In this document: positions 49,145 through 59,429 of the stretch, in pieces
Numbering within the stretch: the first letter of the stretch is position 1
Layout of the letters: each line of letters begins with the position of its first letter
Assembly: GCA_963706955.1 (NCBI GenBank)
Contig: CAVPOC010000013.1
Coordinates: 1 to 64,000, forward strand
Reading direction: 5' to 3'
Length of the DNA stretch: 64,000 nt
Source of the DNA: an uncultured Verrucomicrobiae bacterium
Lineage (GTDB): Bacteria; Verrucomicrobiota; Verrucomicrobiia; Chthoniobacterales; Terrimicrobiaceae
The notes under the pieces: generated by a model
Told to the model about the DNA's origin: nothing
What the model saw: only the letters and a program-made list of their open reading frames with translations
The model's database searches: none
Translations under genes and position numbers: made by a program

Positions 49145-50473
49145 ATGAACGAAGGGAAGGAAAACGGCCATCTGGCACGCTCGATCGGCCTGTTTGCTCT
49201 CATCGTTTACGGCGTCGGCGACATGATTGGTGCCGGAATCTATGGCACGATCGGCGTCGCCGCGGGAAAGATGGGAAACGCTGTCTGGCTGGCTTTTCTC
49301 GTTTCGATGGTGGCCGCCTTGCTTACCGGTCTTTCGTACGCATCGCTGGCCTCTCGCTACCCGAGGGCGGCCGGCGCTGCGTTTGTCACCCAACGTGCGT
49401 TTGGCTGGCAATTTCTTTCCTATGTTGTCGGCTTGGCAGTGGCCTGCTCAGGATTGACCTCAATGGCGGCAGGCAGCCGGGTGTTTGCGGCGACATTGCA
49501 ACCTTTCTTAGGAGTTCCGCTCTGGTGCATCTTCCTCGCATTTATCGTGGCGTTGACACTGGTGAACCTTCGCGGAATTCGAGAATGCGTTTGGGTGAAC
49601 ATGGTCTGCACGACGATCGAGCTCGGCGGGCTCCTCTTTGTGATCGCCGTCAGCTTGCGGTACTTTGGCAGCGTCAACTATTTGGAAACACCGCCGTCCG
49701 CCGGCGCGCTCACCGTTCCGCTGATCATGTCCGGCGCCGTCCTGACCTTCTACGCGTTTGTGGGTTTTGAGGACCTGCTCAATCTCGCTGAAGAAGTGAA
49801 GAATCCGCAGCGAAACATGCCTTGGGGAATCATCCTGGCCGTCGCCGCCGTCGCCATCATTTACGTCCTTGTCAGCATCGCGGCGATCTCTGTGGTCGCC
49901 TACGCAGATTTGGCAGATTCGAAGAAGGGCGCTCCACTGGCACAAATTACCAGGGTCGCCGCGCCATGGTTGCCTTATCACGTCTACACGGGCATCACGT
50001 TATTTGCGGTGGCAAATACCGCGCTCATGAATTTCATCATGGGCTCGCGCCTTATCTATGGAATGTCTCGACAAGGTTTACTCCCGCCAGTTCTCGGTCT
50101 GGTGCACAGCACTCGACGGACACCGCATGTGGCCATTCTGACGTTGGCGGCGATTGTTTCCATTTTAGCCTTCTCCGGCGACATTTCCGAACTCGCCTCC
50201 GCCACGAGCCTCTTGCTGCTTCTCGTTTTCGCGCTCATGAACAGCGCGCTGATTGTCCTCAAACTGCGCAAAGGCGAAGCTGCCGGACAGTTCGAAGTTC
50301 CTCTTTTGGTGCCTTTTCTCGGGTGCCTGATCTGTGGCCTTCTGATTGTCTCGCGCGTCACGACCGCCGCCGCCGGAACGCGCGCGCCGCTCATCGCAGC
50401 GATCCTGCTCGCAGCCATTGCCGTGCTCTACTTTGTCGTTCGCCCTCGTGAGCCGATCGCAGTGGCGGAATGA
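49145..50473 (+). CDS. APC-family amino acid permease
   Basis: GVGDMIGAGIY, YASLASRYPRAAG, FYAFVGFED...AEEVKNP. Confidence 0.92.
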   Translation: MNEGKENGHLARSIGLFALIVYGVGDMIGAGIYGTIGVAAGKMGNAVWLAFLVSMVAALLTGLSYASLASRYPRAAGAAFVTQRAFGWQFLSYVVGLAVACSGLTSMAAGSRVFAATLQPFLGVPLWCIFLAFIVALTLVNLRGIRECVWVNMVCTTIELGGLLFVIAVSLRYFGSVNYLETPPSAGALTVPLIMSGAVLTFYAFVGFEDLLNLAEEVKNPQRNMPWGIILAVAAVAIIYVLVSIAAISVVAYADLADSKKGAPLAQITRVAAPWLPYHVYTGITLFAVANTALMNFIMGSRLIYGMSRQGLLPPVLGLVHSTRRTPHVAILTLAAIVSILAFSGDISELASATSLLLLLVFALMNSALIVLKLRKGEAAGQFEVPLLVPFLGCLICGLLIVSRVTTAAAGTRAPLIAAILLAAIAVLYFVVRPREPIAVAE

Positions 50474-50513
50474 GTTCCTTTGCATTTGAATTTCCCTGTC
50501 TGTTGCCACTACG

Positions 50514-52352
50514 GTGCGAATGCGTGAATTAGGTATGCGCTTTTCTGCGATCCTGCTGGTTCTCATGGTTAGTCAACTCGCGAGTTTTAGCTTGCGTGCA
50601 CAACCGGCGCCCGCCGCCGCGCCAAAAAACTTGGTCGTCAATGGCGGCTTCGAAGCATCCTCTCAGCGGCAGAATCTTTGGCAGGGAGTGGACAGCGCGG
50701 GCTTTCTTACCGGTGAGCGCGGCCAGGTGCCGGTTTTAACCTTGCGCGGGGAAATCGCCGACACCGTCATGCCTATTTCCGTGGGGGCGACCGACATGAA
50801 CGCAGATGGCCTGGTCGATCTTGTTACTATGGACGTGCTTGGCTATCTGCGAATCTATTTCAATAGCGGCGACAAGCAGCAGCCAAAGTTCACGTCGGGG
50901 GATTTGGGAGGGATTTTTCTCACGCGGACCGCGCAAAACGATCTCACTATCGGACGAGAAGCGCCGGGGGCGCGCCTCGCTCCGAGAATCTTTCCCACCG
51001 AGATGATGAAGTCCGGGAAAAAGGACCTGGTTGTCGGTAATTATCTTGGCGAAGTCCTCTTTGTCGCGAACGGAGGGTCGGCCCAAGTCCCCGATTTCAA
51101 GCAGCCGCAGGAGGTTTCTCGATCTGCCATCCCGACGATGAAAGACCCGAGGAAACGTTGGGGCAATGTATTCGCTCCGTGTACCTGGGATTGGAACGCG
51201 GATGGGAAGGACGACCTTTTATTGGGGGAGGGGTCTTATTCGGCGAACAACATCCACTTGTTAATTAATCAGGGCTCCGGGGCTCGGCCTGCCTTTGACG
51301 AAAGCAAGCGTTATGTCCTGGCCTTCGGAGATGGTCTCGAGCAGTTGACCCCTACGGTCGTTGATTACAACGGCGACGGCGCACCGGACCTCCTGGTGGC
51401 TGAGCGGTCGGGGAAAATAGCAGTCTATCTTAACAAAGGCGAGGCGACAAAGCTCGATGCGCCTCCCGCAGAAATACCCTTTGCTTCGTTTATTGCTGGC
51501 CCCGCCGGCAGCCCGTTAACCTTCGGGGGGATCTGCACGGTATCGACTGGAGATCTCAATGGAGATGGGCTTTTCGACCTCGTTGTCGGCAAGAGCAACG
51601 GACGCCTGGCCATGGCGCTGAACGTCGGCACGAAGTCCGAGCCAAAGTTCTCTCCCCCGGTTGAGCTCAAGGGAACTCCCGGCACGCCGGCCTTCCAGGT
51701 GCCCTCGGGCTGGGACATCGACTTCGGAGTGAGGCGCGGAAATTTTCTCGCCTTTATGAGTATTGTCAAAGGGGAGGAAGACAAAGTCGCCCAGCCGACC
51801 GAAGGAAAGTCGTGTTTGAAGGTGGGCTATGTGCCCGCTCAAAATAAGCTTATGCCTGCCCCCTCGGTTTACACGCTGGCATTTCCGGGTTTTAGCCTCA
51901 AAGAACCGAAAATGGATCAGTCGCCAGAGCAGATACTCATGTATGGCCCGGCACGCTATTTTATGCTGCGGCAAGCGGATCGCTTCCGCCTGAAGGCAAA
52001 TACCAGCTACATCCTTAGCTTCAAAGTGAAGGGCCGAATCGGTGATGGGCAGGCCACCATTGGATGGAGCGGCTCGAAAAAACTAAGCGATGATAAGGTT
52101 ATCCAGGGAGAGCGCGGCTCAGCCGAAGTGAAAAGAAATGAGGCAAATCAAACCGTTTACGAGACGATCAAATTTAACCCGACGCCGATATGGTCTGAAG
52201 TGCGCAAGGAATTTCGGGTCGCTCTAAAGGATAAGAATTTGCAAGATCTCAAGGAGATGACCCACTCGCTCCTGGAGATCAGTTTCTCCATTCCGCCCGG
52301 GGGCGAAGCCTATATCGATGAAGTAAGCATCATCGAGAGACCGGCGACGTGA
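50514..52352 (+). CDS. Secreted FG-GAP/VCBS-repeat protein with CBM-like flanks
   Basis: Signal peptide; repeats DMNADGLVDLV, DWNADGKDDLL, DYNGDGAPDLL, DLNGDGLFDLV; NLVVNGGFE near the N-terminus and YIDEVSI at the C-terminus. Confidence 0.85.
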   Translation: MRMRELGMRFSAILLVLMVSQLASFSLRAQPAPAAAPKNLVVNGGFEASSQRQNLWQGVDSAGFLTGERGQVPVLTLRGEIADTVMPISVGATDMNADGLVDLVTMDVLGYLRIYFNSGDKQQPKFTSGDLGGIFLTRTAQNDLTIGREAPGARLAPRIFPTEMMKSGKKDLVVGNYLGEVLFVANGGSAQVPDFKQPQEVSRSAIPTMKDPRKRWGNVFAPCTWDWNADGKDDLLLGEGSYSANNIHLLINQGSGARPAFDESKRYVLAFGDGLEQLTPTVVDYNGDGAPDLLVAERSGKIAVYLNKGEATKLDAPPAEIPFASFIAGPAGSPLTFGGICTVSTGDLNGDGLFDLVVGKSNGRLAMALNVGTKSEPKFSPPVELKGTPGTPAFQVPSGWDIDFGVRRGNFLAFMSIVKGEEDKVAQPTEGKSCLKVGYVPAQNKLMPAPSVYTLAFPGFSLKEPKMDQSPEQILMYGPARYFMLRQADRFRLKANTSYILSFKVKGRIGDGQATIGWSGSKKLSDDKVIQGERGSAEVKRNEANQTVYETIKFNPTPIWSEVRKEFRVALKDKNLQDLKEMTHSLLEISFSIPPGGEAYIDEVSIIERPAT

Positions 52353-53314
52353 GCGGAAGGATCGGGACGGCGTTCGTCCTCGGTGCCGGATTAGGAACCA
52401 GGCTGCGGCCGTTAACGCTCGTGCGGCCTAAGCCTTTGATCCCGATCTTTGGCAAACCGCTGATCACTTTTGCACTCGATCATCTCTGCGCAGTCGGGGT
52501 GGAATCCTTCGTCATCAACACCCACCATCTGGCCAGCCAGATAGAGGCGTTGTTCCGGAACCATAGCTATGGCGGCTGCAGACTAAAGCTTATTTACGAG
52601 CGAGATCTTCTTGAAACCGGCGGTGGTATCAAGAATGCCGAGGTGTGGATCGGCCAGGAGCCGTTCATTGTCTATAGTGGCGATATTCTCACCAACATCG
52701 AGCTGGAAGAACTCATTGAGCAGCACTTTCGCAGGGGGAACGATGTTACTCTCGCCCTACGTACCACCGGCCTGGCTGCCGGTGTCACTCTCGATCACAA
52801 CGGCCGTGTCACCGCAATCGAGTCAGGGCGACATCGCTCCGGGGCTTTTGACTTCGCCAACGTGTCGATTTGGAATCGCGATATTTTCCAAAGGATTCCC
52901 GCGGGCAAAAAAATCTCGTTTGTTCCCATTTTGGTGGATTGGCTTCGAAGCGGAGGGAAGGTCGGCGGTGTCGTCCTCAACGAGCGTGAATGGTTCAATA
53001 TCGGATCGCGTTCCGAATACCTGAAGGTCCACCAAGTGATCAGCCGTCGTCGCTGGCGGCCCGATTATCTCAAGGGGGAGGACTGGCCGGCGAGCGTCGC
53101 GGCCGATGCGGAGGTCGCTCCCGGCGCTCGTCTGACCGGATTCTATGCGGTCGGCAGTGGCTGCGTGTTGGAAGGTTCCACAGTCATCGAAGACTCAATT
53201 CTCTGGGAAGGCGCAACCATTCGAGCAGGGTCCATTCTCCGGAGTTGCGTCGTTGCCGGAAGTCTGGTCATATCTGGGCGGCACGAGAACGCTGACCTCA
53301 CCGCGGCCGTATGA
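52349..53314 (+). CDS. Nucleotidyltransferase family protein (MurU-like)
   Basis: LGAGLGTRLRPLT..PKPLIP, INTHHL, LLETGGGIKN; adjacent to an AmgK-like kinase. Confidence 0.85.
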   Translation: MSGRIGTAFVLGAGLGTRLRPLTLVRPKPLIPIFGKPLITFALDHLCAVGVESFVINTHHLASQIEALFRNHSYGGCRLKLIYERDLLETGGGIKNAEVWIGQEPFIVYSGDILTNIELEELIEQHFRRGNDVTLALRTTGLAAGVTLDHNGRVTAIESGRHRSGAFDFANVSIWNRDIFQRIPAGKKISFVPILVDWLRSGGKVGGVVLNEREWFNIGSRSEYLKVHQVISRRRWRPDYLKGEDWPASVAADAEVAPGARLTGFYAVGSGCVLEGSTVIEDSILWEGATIRAGSILRSCVVAGSLVISGRHENADLTAAV

Positions 53315-54297
53315 GCTTGGAACGATTAGTCCTTCAGACGCAGGAAAAATTTCCGCGCTATCGCTCGCGGGTTGAAATCATGCCTCTGGAAAAAGGGGGC
53401 TCCGAGCGGAAATTTTATCGCATCTGCGCAGGGGACGAGAGCCCGGTGATTCTGGTGAAATATTCCAGCCAGAAGGAGGAAAATCGCCACTATGTCGAGA
53501 TCGCGCGGTTTCTCGCGGCCTCGGGTGTTAGCGTGCCTGCGATCTATTTTCATGATGCGACCGAGGGGTTGATCTGGATGCAAGACCTGGGCGACGAAGA
53601 CTTATGGGCTTGGCGCGCTTCTCCCTGGCATGATCGGCGCTCCCTCTATGAATCCGCGCTCTTCCAGGCAAGCAGGCTGCATATCGCAGCCACTCGCGAT
53701 CTTCCCACCTCGGGTCTTCGGCTCGAACGCGAGTTCAGCGAGCAGCTCTATCTTTGGGAGCAGCAGTATTTTTTTGACAACTGTTTGCGCGCGCATTTTG
53801 GACTCGAGGAGTCCGCTGTGCACAGGTACTCGCAACTTGCCAGGATGCACGAGATCGCCGCGCGACTCGCCTCGCTTCCGCGCACGCTCGTTCACCGCGA
53901 TTTCCAATCACAGAATATTATTATTCAGGATGAACAAGCCTGGCTGATCGACTTTCAAGGCATGCGGCCGGGCCTGCCGCAGTACGATCTCGCTTCACTT
54001 CTCTACGATCCCTACGTCGACCTGACGAGTAGCGAGCGCAGCGAGCTCCTCAATTTCTACAAGCGCGTGGCTCTCTCCTCTGGCATGCAACTGACCAGCG
54101 ACTTCGACGAAGTATTTCACTTTTGCGCCCTCCAACGCCTCATGCAAGCCCTCGGCGCCTACGGGTTTCTTGGACTTCAAAAGGGCCGCCCTGATTTCCT
54201 CGCCCATATTCCGGCCGCTCGCCGCTCGCTCCGAGAAGTGGCTGCGCGCGTCGACGGCTTGGACGAGTTCGTAGCCTTGCTCGATTCCCTCCCATGA
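53311..54297 (+). CDS. Aminoglycoside phosphotransferase-family kinase (AmgK-like anomeric MurNAc/GlcNAc kinase)
   Basis: GGSERKFYR, QDLGD, HRDFQSQN, IDFQG, YDLASLL, QRLMQALGAYG. Confidence 0.85.
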   Translation: MSLERLVLQTQEKFPRYRSRVEIMPLEKGGSERKFYRICAGDESPVILVKYSSQKEENRHYVEIARFLAASGVSVPAIYFHDATEGLIWMQDLGDEDLWAWRASPWHDRRSLYESALFQASRLHIAATRDLPTSGLRLEREFSEQLYLWEQQYFFDNCLRAHFGLEESAVHRYSQLARMHEIAARLASLPRTLVHRDFQSQNIIIQDEQAWLIDFQGMRPGLPQYDLASLLYDPYVDLTSSERSELLNFYKRVALSSGMQLTSDFDEVFHFCALQRLMQALGAYGFLGLQKGRPDFLAHIPAARRSLREVAARVDGLDEFVALLDSLP

Positions 54298-56294
54298 AAA
54301 TTAGTGACCCCGGAACAGTCATAGTCGAAAACATCACCCCGCAACTCGACGGCGGACGCTATCCCATCAAACGCGCCGTTGGCCAGGACCTTGTTGTTGA
54401 GGCCGACATATTCAAGGAAGGACACGACGTGGTGTCTGCTCTTCTGAAGTGGCGTCCGGTCGGGGAGTCCACCTGGCTGGAAACCCCGATGGAAGCTCTC
54501 GTGAATGACCGTTGGCGCGGTGTGCTTACTGTGACGGCGCCGGGCCCTTGGGAAATGACGATTGAGGCGTGGGGCGACACTTTCAATTCCTGGCAAGAGG
54601 AGATCCATAAGAAGTTCGACGGAGGCATCCGCGACCTCCAGAGCGAATCGCTCGAGGGCGCGGCATTTATCAAGGAGGCGGCGACACGTGCGGCCGGAAC
54701 ACCCGATGCGGATTTGCTCTTAGCATTCGCGACGCGCCTAGAAACTGCAGGTCCCGAAGAAACGAACCAGGTCGCGGCTTCCGCGGAGCTCTCCGGCTTG
54801 ATGACGGTCTGGGCGGACCGCTCCCTTTCAACCGATTACCATCCTTTGTTGCCCATTTGGGTGGATGGCGAGCGCGCTGTCTTCGCCGCCTGGTATGAGT
54901 TCTTCCCGCGTTCGGCTGAGGGGAAACCGGATAGCGGATCGACGTTTCGCGATTGCCTTCCACGGATCGACGACGCCAAAGCAATGGGCTTCGACGTGAT
55001 CTATTTCCCGCCGATCCATCCCATCGGCGAGAGCAACCGAAAAGGTCGCAACAATTCCGTGACCTGCCAGCCGGGCGAGCCGGGCGTGCCGTACGCTATC
55101 GGAAATTACCGACAAGGGGTCAATGGCGGCGGCCACAAGGATGTCGCGCCGGAACTCGGCACGCTGGAAGACTTCGCGTGGCTGGTCGGCGAGACCAAGA
55201 AGCGAGGGCTGGAGATCGCCCTCGACTTTGCAATCAATTGCTCGCCCGATCACCCTTACGTGAAGGACCATCCAGAATGGTTCTTCAAACGCCCCGATGG
55301 GACCATCAAGTATGCTGAGAATCCACCCAAGAAATACCAGGACGTCTATCCGCTGAATTTTCATAATCCGAACTGGGAGGCGCTTTGGCGGGAGTTACAC
55401 GATGTGATTGCGTTTTGGTGCGACCTTGGCGTGCGCATTTTCCGGGTGGACAATCCTCACACCAAGCCGGTTTCGTTCTGGGAATGGCTCATTGCCGAGA
55501 TCCACGAGAAGTATCCGGATGCGCAGTTCCTCAGTGAGGCCTTTACACGCCCAAAGATGATGGCTGTGCTCGCGAAGGCGGGTTTTACTCAAAGCTATAC
55601 CTACTTCACCTGGCGAGATACGAAGTGGGAGCTCGAGACGTATCTCACCCAGTTGACGCAGACAGAGATGAAGGATTTTTTCCGGGCGAACTTCTTTGCG
55701 AATACCCCGGATATCCTGCCGCATTTTCTTCAGCAAGGCGGGCGTCCGCCGTTCCTCATCCGGGCCGTTCTCGCGGCGACGCTTTCTCCGGTCTATGGGA
55801 TCTACAGCGGGTTCGAGCTCTGCGAGCATGTCCCCGTTCCGGGCAAAGAAGAGTATTACGATTCAGAGAAGTATCAGTTCAAGGGACGCAATTGGGACGC
55901 TCCCGGCAACATCAAGGAGTATATCACCAAGCTGAATGCCATCCGGAACGAAAACCGCGCTTTTCACGAATACGCCAACCTTCGCTTTTATCACGCCGAG
56001 AACGACAACGTTCTCTTTTATAGCAAGACCACCGCGGCGCGCGATAACCTCATACTCTGTGCGGTCACCGTGGATCCTAACCACTCACAAACGGCCTTCG
56101 TTCACGTGCCCTTGGAAGATCTGGGTCTGGGCCATCACGAAACCTTCCAGGTCGAAGATCTCTTGACGGGGGAACGCTTCCTGTGGACCGGCGCGCGCAA
56201 CTTCGTCTCGCTAAATCCACACACCCGACCCGCCCACATTTTCCGAGTGCGCAAGTGGGCGGGACGTTCGAATGGACAGGATGTTTATCTATAA
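54294..56294 (+). CDS. glgE: Alpha-1,4-glucan:maltose-1-phosphate maltosyltransferase
   Basis: WYEFFPRS, YAENPPKKYQD, RVDNPHTKP, EAFTRP, SYTYFTWR, NTPDIL, SEKYQ. Confidence 0.95.
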   Translation: MKISDPGTVIVENITPQLDGGRYPIKRAVGQDLVVEADIFKEGHDVVSALLKWRPVGESTWLETPMEALVNDRWRGVLTVTAPGPWEMTIEAWGDTFNSWQEEIHKKFDGGIRDLQSESLEGAAFIKEAATRAAGTPDADLLLAFATRLETAGPEETNQVAASAELSGLMTVWADRSLSTDYHPLLPIWVDGERAVFAAWYEFFPRSAEGKPDSGSTFRDCLPRIDDAKAMGFDVIYFPPIHPIGESNRKGRNNSVTCQPGEPGVPYAIGNYRQGVNGGGHKDVAPELGTLEDFAWLVGETKKRGLEIALDFAINCSPDHPYVKDHPEWFFKRPDGTIKYAENPPKKYQDVYPLNFHNPNWEALWRELHDVIAFWCDLGVRIFRVDNPHTKPVSFWEWLIAEIHEKYPDAQFLSEAFTRPKMMAVLAKAGFTQSYTYFTWRDTKWELETYLTQLTQTEMKDFFRANFFANTPDILPHFLQQGGRPPFLIRAVLAATLSPVYGIYSGFELCEHVPVPGKEEYYDSEKYQFKGRNWDAPGNIKEYITKLNAIRNENRAFHEYANLRFYHAENDNVLFYSKTTAARDNLILCAVTVDPNHSQTAFVHVPLEDLGLGHHETFQVEDLLTGERFLWTGARNFVSLNPHTRPAHIFRVRKWAGRSNGQDVYL

Positions 56295-56986
56295 GCTTTT
56301 CGAGCCGTATAGATACTCGCGACTCCGAAGCAGAGAGATCTCGCACGGAACTCTGTAAAGCCGTTGGCTTGCATTAGCTCCTCCATCTTGCGCCCCCGCG
56401 GGAAGGACTCGATCGAGCTTCCCAGATATTCATAGGCTTCCTTGTTGCCGGTGATCACTGCGGCGAAGCGCGGCAGCAGCTTATGCAAATAGACGCGGTA
56501 GATAATTCTAAGTGGAGGAAACTCTGGCAGCGAAAAGTCCATGACCAGGAGAACTCCCCCGGGACGGAGCACGCGGGCCATTTCCTGCAATGCTTCATCC
56601 CAAGCCGCCATGTTGCGCAGCCCAAAAGCGACCGTCAGCGCATCGAATTTTCCATCCTGAAATGGTAACTGAAGTGCGTCCGCCTGCACGAGGGCTGGCA
56701 CTCGCTTTCTTCTTGCGATTTCGAGCATGGGCAGGCAGAAATCCGCCGCAACGACCAGCGAGTGCGGAGACGCCTTTCGCAGGGCCAAAGCAAGGTCTCC
56801 GCTTCCTGTCGCAAGATCGAGGATCCGGTGAGGTTTCTCGCCAGCGATGATGCGGGCAGCTCGCGCGCGCCACAGGAAATCGAATCCGCCGCTGAGCAGA
56901 TGATTGGCGAGATCATAGCGCGCGGCGATGGCGGCGAAGGTGCGGCGAACGAAGCTGGGGTTCTGTTGTGGAAGAGTCGTTTCCAT
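56285..56986 (-). CDS. ubiE: Ubiquinone/menaquinone biosynthesis C-methyltransferase
   Basis: IAARYDLANHLLSGG, LDLATGSGD, AFGLRN, AYEYL..SIESFP. Confidence 0.92.
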   Translation of the reverse strand: METTLPQQNPSFVRRTFAAIAARYDLANHLLSGGFDFLWRARAARIIAGEKPHRILDLATGSGDLALALRKASPHSLVVAADFCLPMLEIARRKRVPALVQADALQLPFQDGKFDALTVAFGLRNMAAWDEALQEMARVLRPGGVLLVMDFSLPEFPPLRIIYRVYLHKLLPRFAAVITGNKEAYEYLGSSIESFPRGRKMEELMQANGFTEFRARSLCFGVASIYTARKAYR

Positions 56987-57036
56987 GACGAAGTTGCCTC
57001 AGAATTCGGAAGGGCCAGAGGGCGAGATCGGAGCCG

Positions 57037-57118
57037 TGCTCACGAGAGGATTCGAACCTCCAAGGGTCTCCCCATGCGCTCCTGAGGCGCACGCGTCTGC
57101 CAGTTCCGCCACGTGAGC
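57037..57118 (-). tRNA. tRNA-Leu (CAG)
   Basis: Acceptor stem GCTCACG/CGTGAGC, D-loop TGGCGGAACTGGCAGAC, anticodon arm TGCGC-CTCAGGA-GCGCA, long variable arm, GGTTCGAATCC. Confidence 0.95.
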
Positions 57119-57224
57119 AGATTGAACGCACACAATCACTCTGCTGTCTCAGGCTGTAAATTGGAAAATGCAAATTTCCACTGGCTTTGACTTCCAGCCC
57201 GTGCGAAGAAAGGCCTCTTTACTA

Positions 57225-58455
57225 ATGAATAAAGCATCCTCTTTTGTGCTCACTTTGGCCGCTGCGGTGGCTCTTCTTGCCTGTAAGCCAGCCCCGCCGC
57301 CCGCGCCTGCTGAGCCTGCTGGGACGCCTACGCCAGCCGCGACACCGACGGCAACGCCGACACCCGCACCGACGGCAACGCCGACACCTGCGCCGACGGC
57401 AACGGCAACTCCTGCCGAGACACCGCCTTCGACGCCGCCGCCATCTTCCGCCTCGACGCCTGCAGAGCCAACGCCATCGCCAACGGCCACACCAGCGGGA
57501 GCCGATGGTTCGGCGAGTCTCGATCTCAAAGACCCGGTCGCCACCATCGATGGAGATAAGATTTCGAAAGCACAGCTTGACGAGGCCTTTGACAAAGCCG
57601 TCCAGATGACTGGGATCAAAGCTGCGGATCTTACGCCCGAGCAAAAGCTCGAAGGCTACCGCCAAATACTCGATGAGCTGATCACGGAAAAGCTAGTGAA
57701 CAAGGCCGCCGCGGGCATCACCGTGCCACCGGCCGACGTCGATGCACAGATTGCCAAAATCAAGGCCCAGTTTCCTTCCGATGAGGACTTCAGTAAACAG
57801 TTAGCGCAGGTTGGCCAAACTCCGGAGCAACTCACCGAAACGATTCAGGAAAATGTTGCAGCAACAGCGCTGGCTCGAAAGCCAGTTGGCAGGCAAGACC
57901 GAGGTCACGGAGGAGGAGGCGAAGAAGTTCTACGAGGAGAACAAGACAGAGTTCACCCAGCCGGAGACGGTCAAGGCCAGCCACATCCTTTTTCGTGTTA
58001 ACAAGGAAGATTCCGAGGATGTGTCCAATCAGAAGCTGAAAGCAGCTCAGGGGGCAGAGGCACGCGCCAAGAAAGGTGAGGACTTCACTGCTCTTGCCAA
58101 AGAGCTTTCCGAGGAGCCAGGTGCCAAGGAATCCGGTGGCGATCTCGGATTTTTTCCCAAAGATCGCATGGTCCCCGAATTCGCCGAAGTCGCCTTTAAC
58201 GAAAAGGTCGGCGAAATTAGCGATCCCGTGCGCACTCAGTTCGGCTGGCATGTCATCAAAGTGACGGAGAAGAAGCCCGCAGGGACGCTGCCATACGATG
58301 AAGTGAAAACGCAGCTCCTGACCTATCTTAAGTCGAAGAAGCAGGAAGAGGCCGCGCAGGAGGTTTTGAAGTCACTCCGTGACTCTGCCAAGATTGAGAA
58401 CACGCTTCCTCCGCCGGTGTCGTCTCCTTCCCCAAGCGCGCCTACCGGAGACTGA
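57225..58455 (+). CDS. Parvulin-type peptidylprolyl isomerase lipoprotein (PrsA/SurA-like), frameshift near 57850
   Basis: Lipobox LLAC, Pro/Thr linker, SurA-N-like region, then VKASHIL, GGDLGFF, MVPEF and FGWHVIK in ORF 57811..58455. Confidence 0.88.
57345..57416 (+). repeat. Three 24-bp coding tandem repeats (PTATPTPA) in the PPIase linker
   Basis: ccgacggcaacgccgacacccgca / ccgacggcaacgccgacacctgcg / ccgacggcaacggcaactcctgcc. Confidence 0.85.
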
Positions 58456-59429
58456 TGGCGCGTCCTGCAAGACAGAATGCAGGTGTCATCGGCTTGGGAA
58501 TTATCGGCAGCCGGGTGGCCGCGAACTTACGCAAGGCGGGCTATCAGACGTGGGTTTGGAACCGCACGCCGCGTCCGGAGCCAAATTTTCTCTCGTCCGC
58601 CGCAGAGGTTGCCGAGTCGGCCAGGGTGGTTCAGATCTTTGTCTCCGACGGTCCTGCTTTGATCGAAACGATCGAAGCGATGGCGCCGGCGCTGGGTTCG
58701 GAACATATTATTCTTAACCATGCGACCATCGCTCCTAAAGAGACCCTCGAGGCTGCACGTTTGGTCACTGCCCGGAACGCCAATTATCTGGACGCACCTT
58801 TCACTGGCAGCCGAGATGCCGCCGAAGCTGGACAAATCGTCTTCTACATTGGTGGTGAGATCGGTGTGCTGGAGAGAGTTCGACCTTATCTCGAGGTCAA
58901 TGCCAAGGCCATCCTCCAGATAGGCGAAGTGGGCCAGGCCGCGGCGATCAAGATCGCGACCAACCTGATGGCTGCCGTGGCGGTGGGTTCGTTCGCCGAA
59001 GCCATGTGCCTTCTCGCAAAGAGCGGCATCCCGCTCTACAAGCTTGGCGAAGCCCTCGAGCAGCACGCGCTTCACTCGCCGCTCGTCGATCTGAAAATGC
59101 CGCCAATGATCACCGCGGATTTCGAGCCACGCTTTTCGCTTCGCCACATGTTCAAAGACGTCCAAATCGCACTCTCGATGGCAGAGGAATTCGGGGTCGA
59201 ACTTCCCGAAACCGCTGCCTTCGCCGGCACGGCGATGGCCGGCATTCAAAAAGGCTGGGCCGATCTGGACTTTTCCAGCATCGCGCGGCACTACGGCTTT
59301 TCCCATGAGGATAACGTGCTTCCGGACACGGTTTTTGTCTCCGCAAAAGCTAAGGCCGGTGAGGATGGCATGGGCGCTGCGGAAAAAGAGAAGAAGAAGG
59401 GATTTCTCTTCTTTGGACGTCGCTCGTGA
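58455..59429 (+). CDS. NAD(P)-dependent oxidoreductase (3-hydroxyisobutyrate/6-PG dehydrogenase family)
   Basis: GVIGLGIIG, WNRT, YLDAPFTGS, KIATN, FSLRHMFKDV. Confidence 0.9.
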   Translation: MARPARQNAGVIGLGIIGSRVAANLRKAGYQTWVWNRTPRPEPNFLSSAAEVAESARVVQIFVSDGPALIETIEAMAPALGSEHIILNHATIAPKETLEAARLVTARNANYLDAPFTGSRDAAEAGQIVFYIGGEIGVLERVRPYLEVNAKAILQIGEVGQAAAIKIATNLMAAVAVGSFAEAMCLLAKSGIPLYKLGEALEQHALHSPLVDLKMPPMITADFEPRFSLRHMFKDVQIALSMAEEFGVELPETAAFAGTAMAGIQKGWADLDFSSIARHYGFSHEDNVLPDTVFVSAKAKAGEDGMGAAEKEKKKGFLFFGRRS

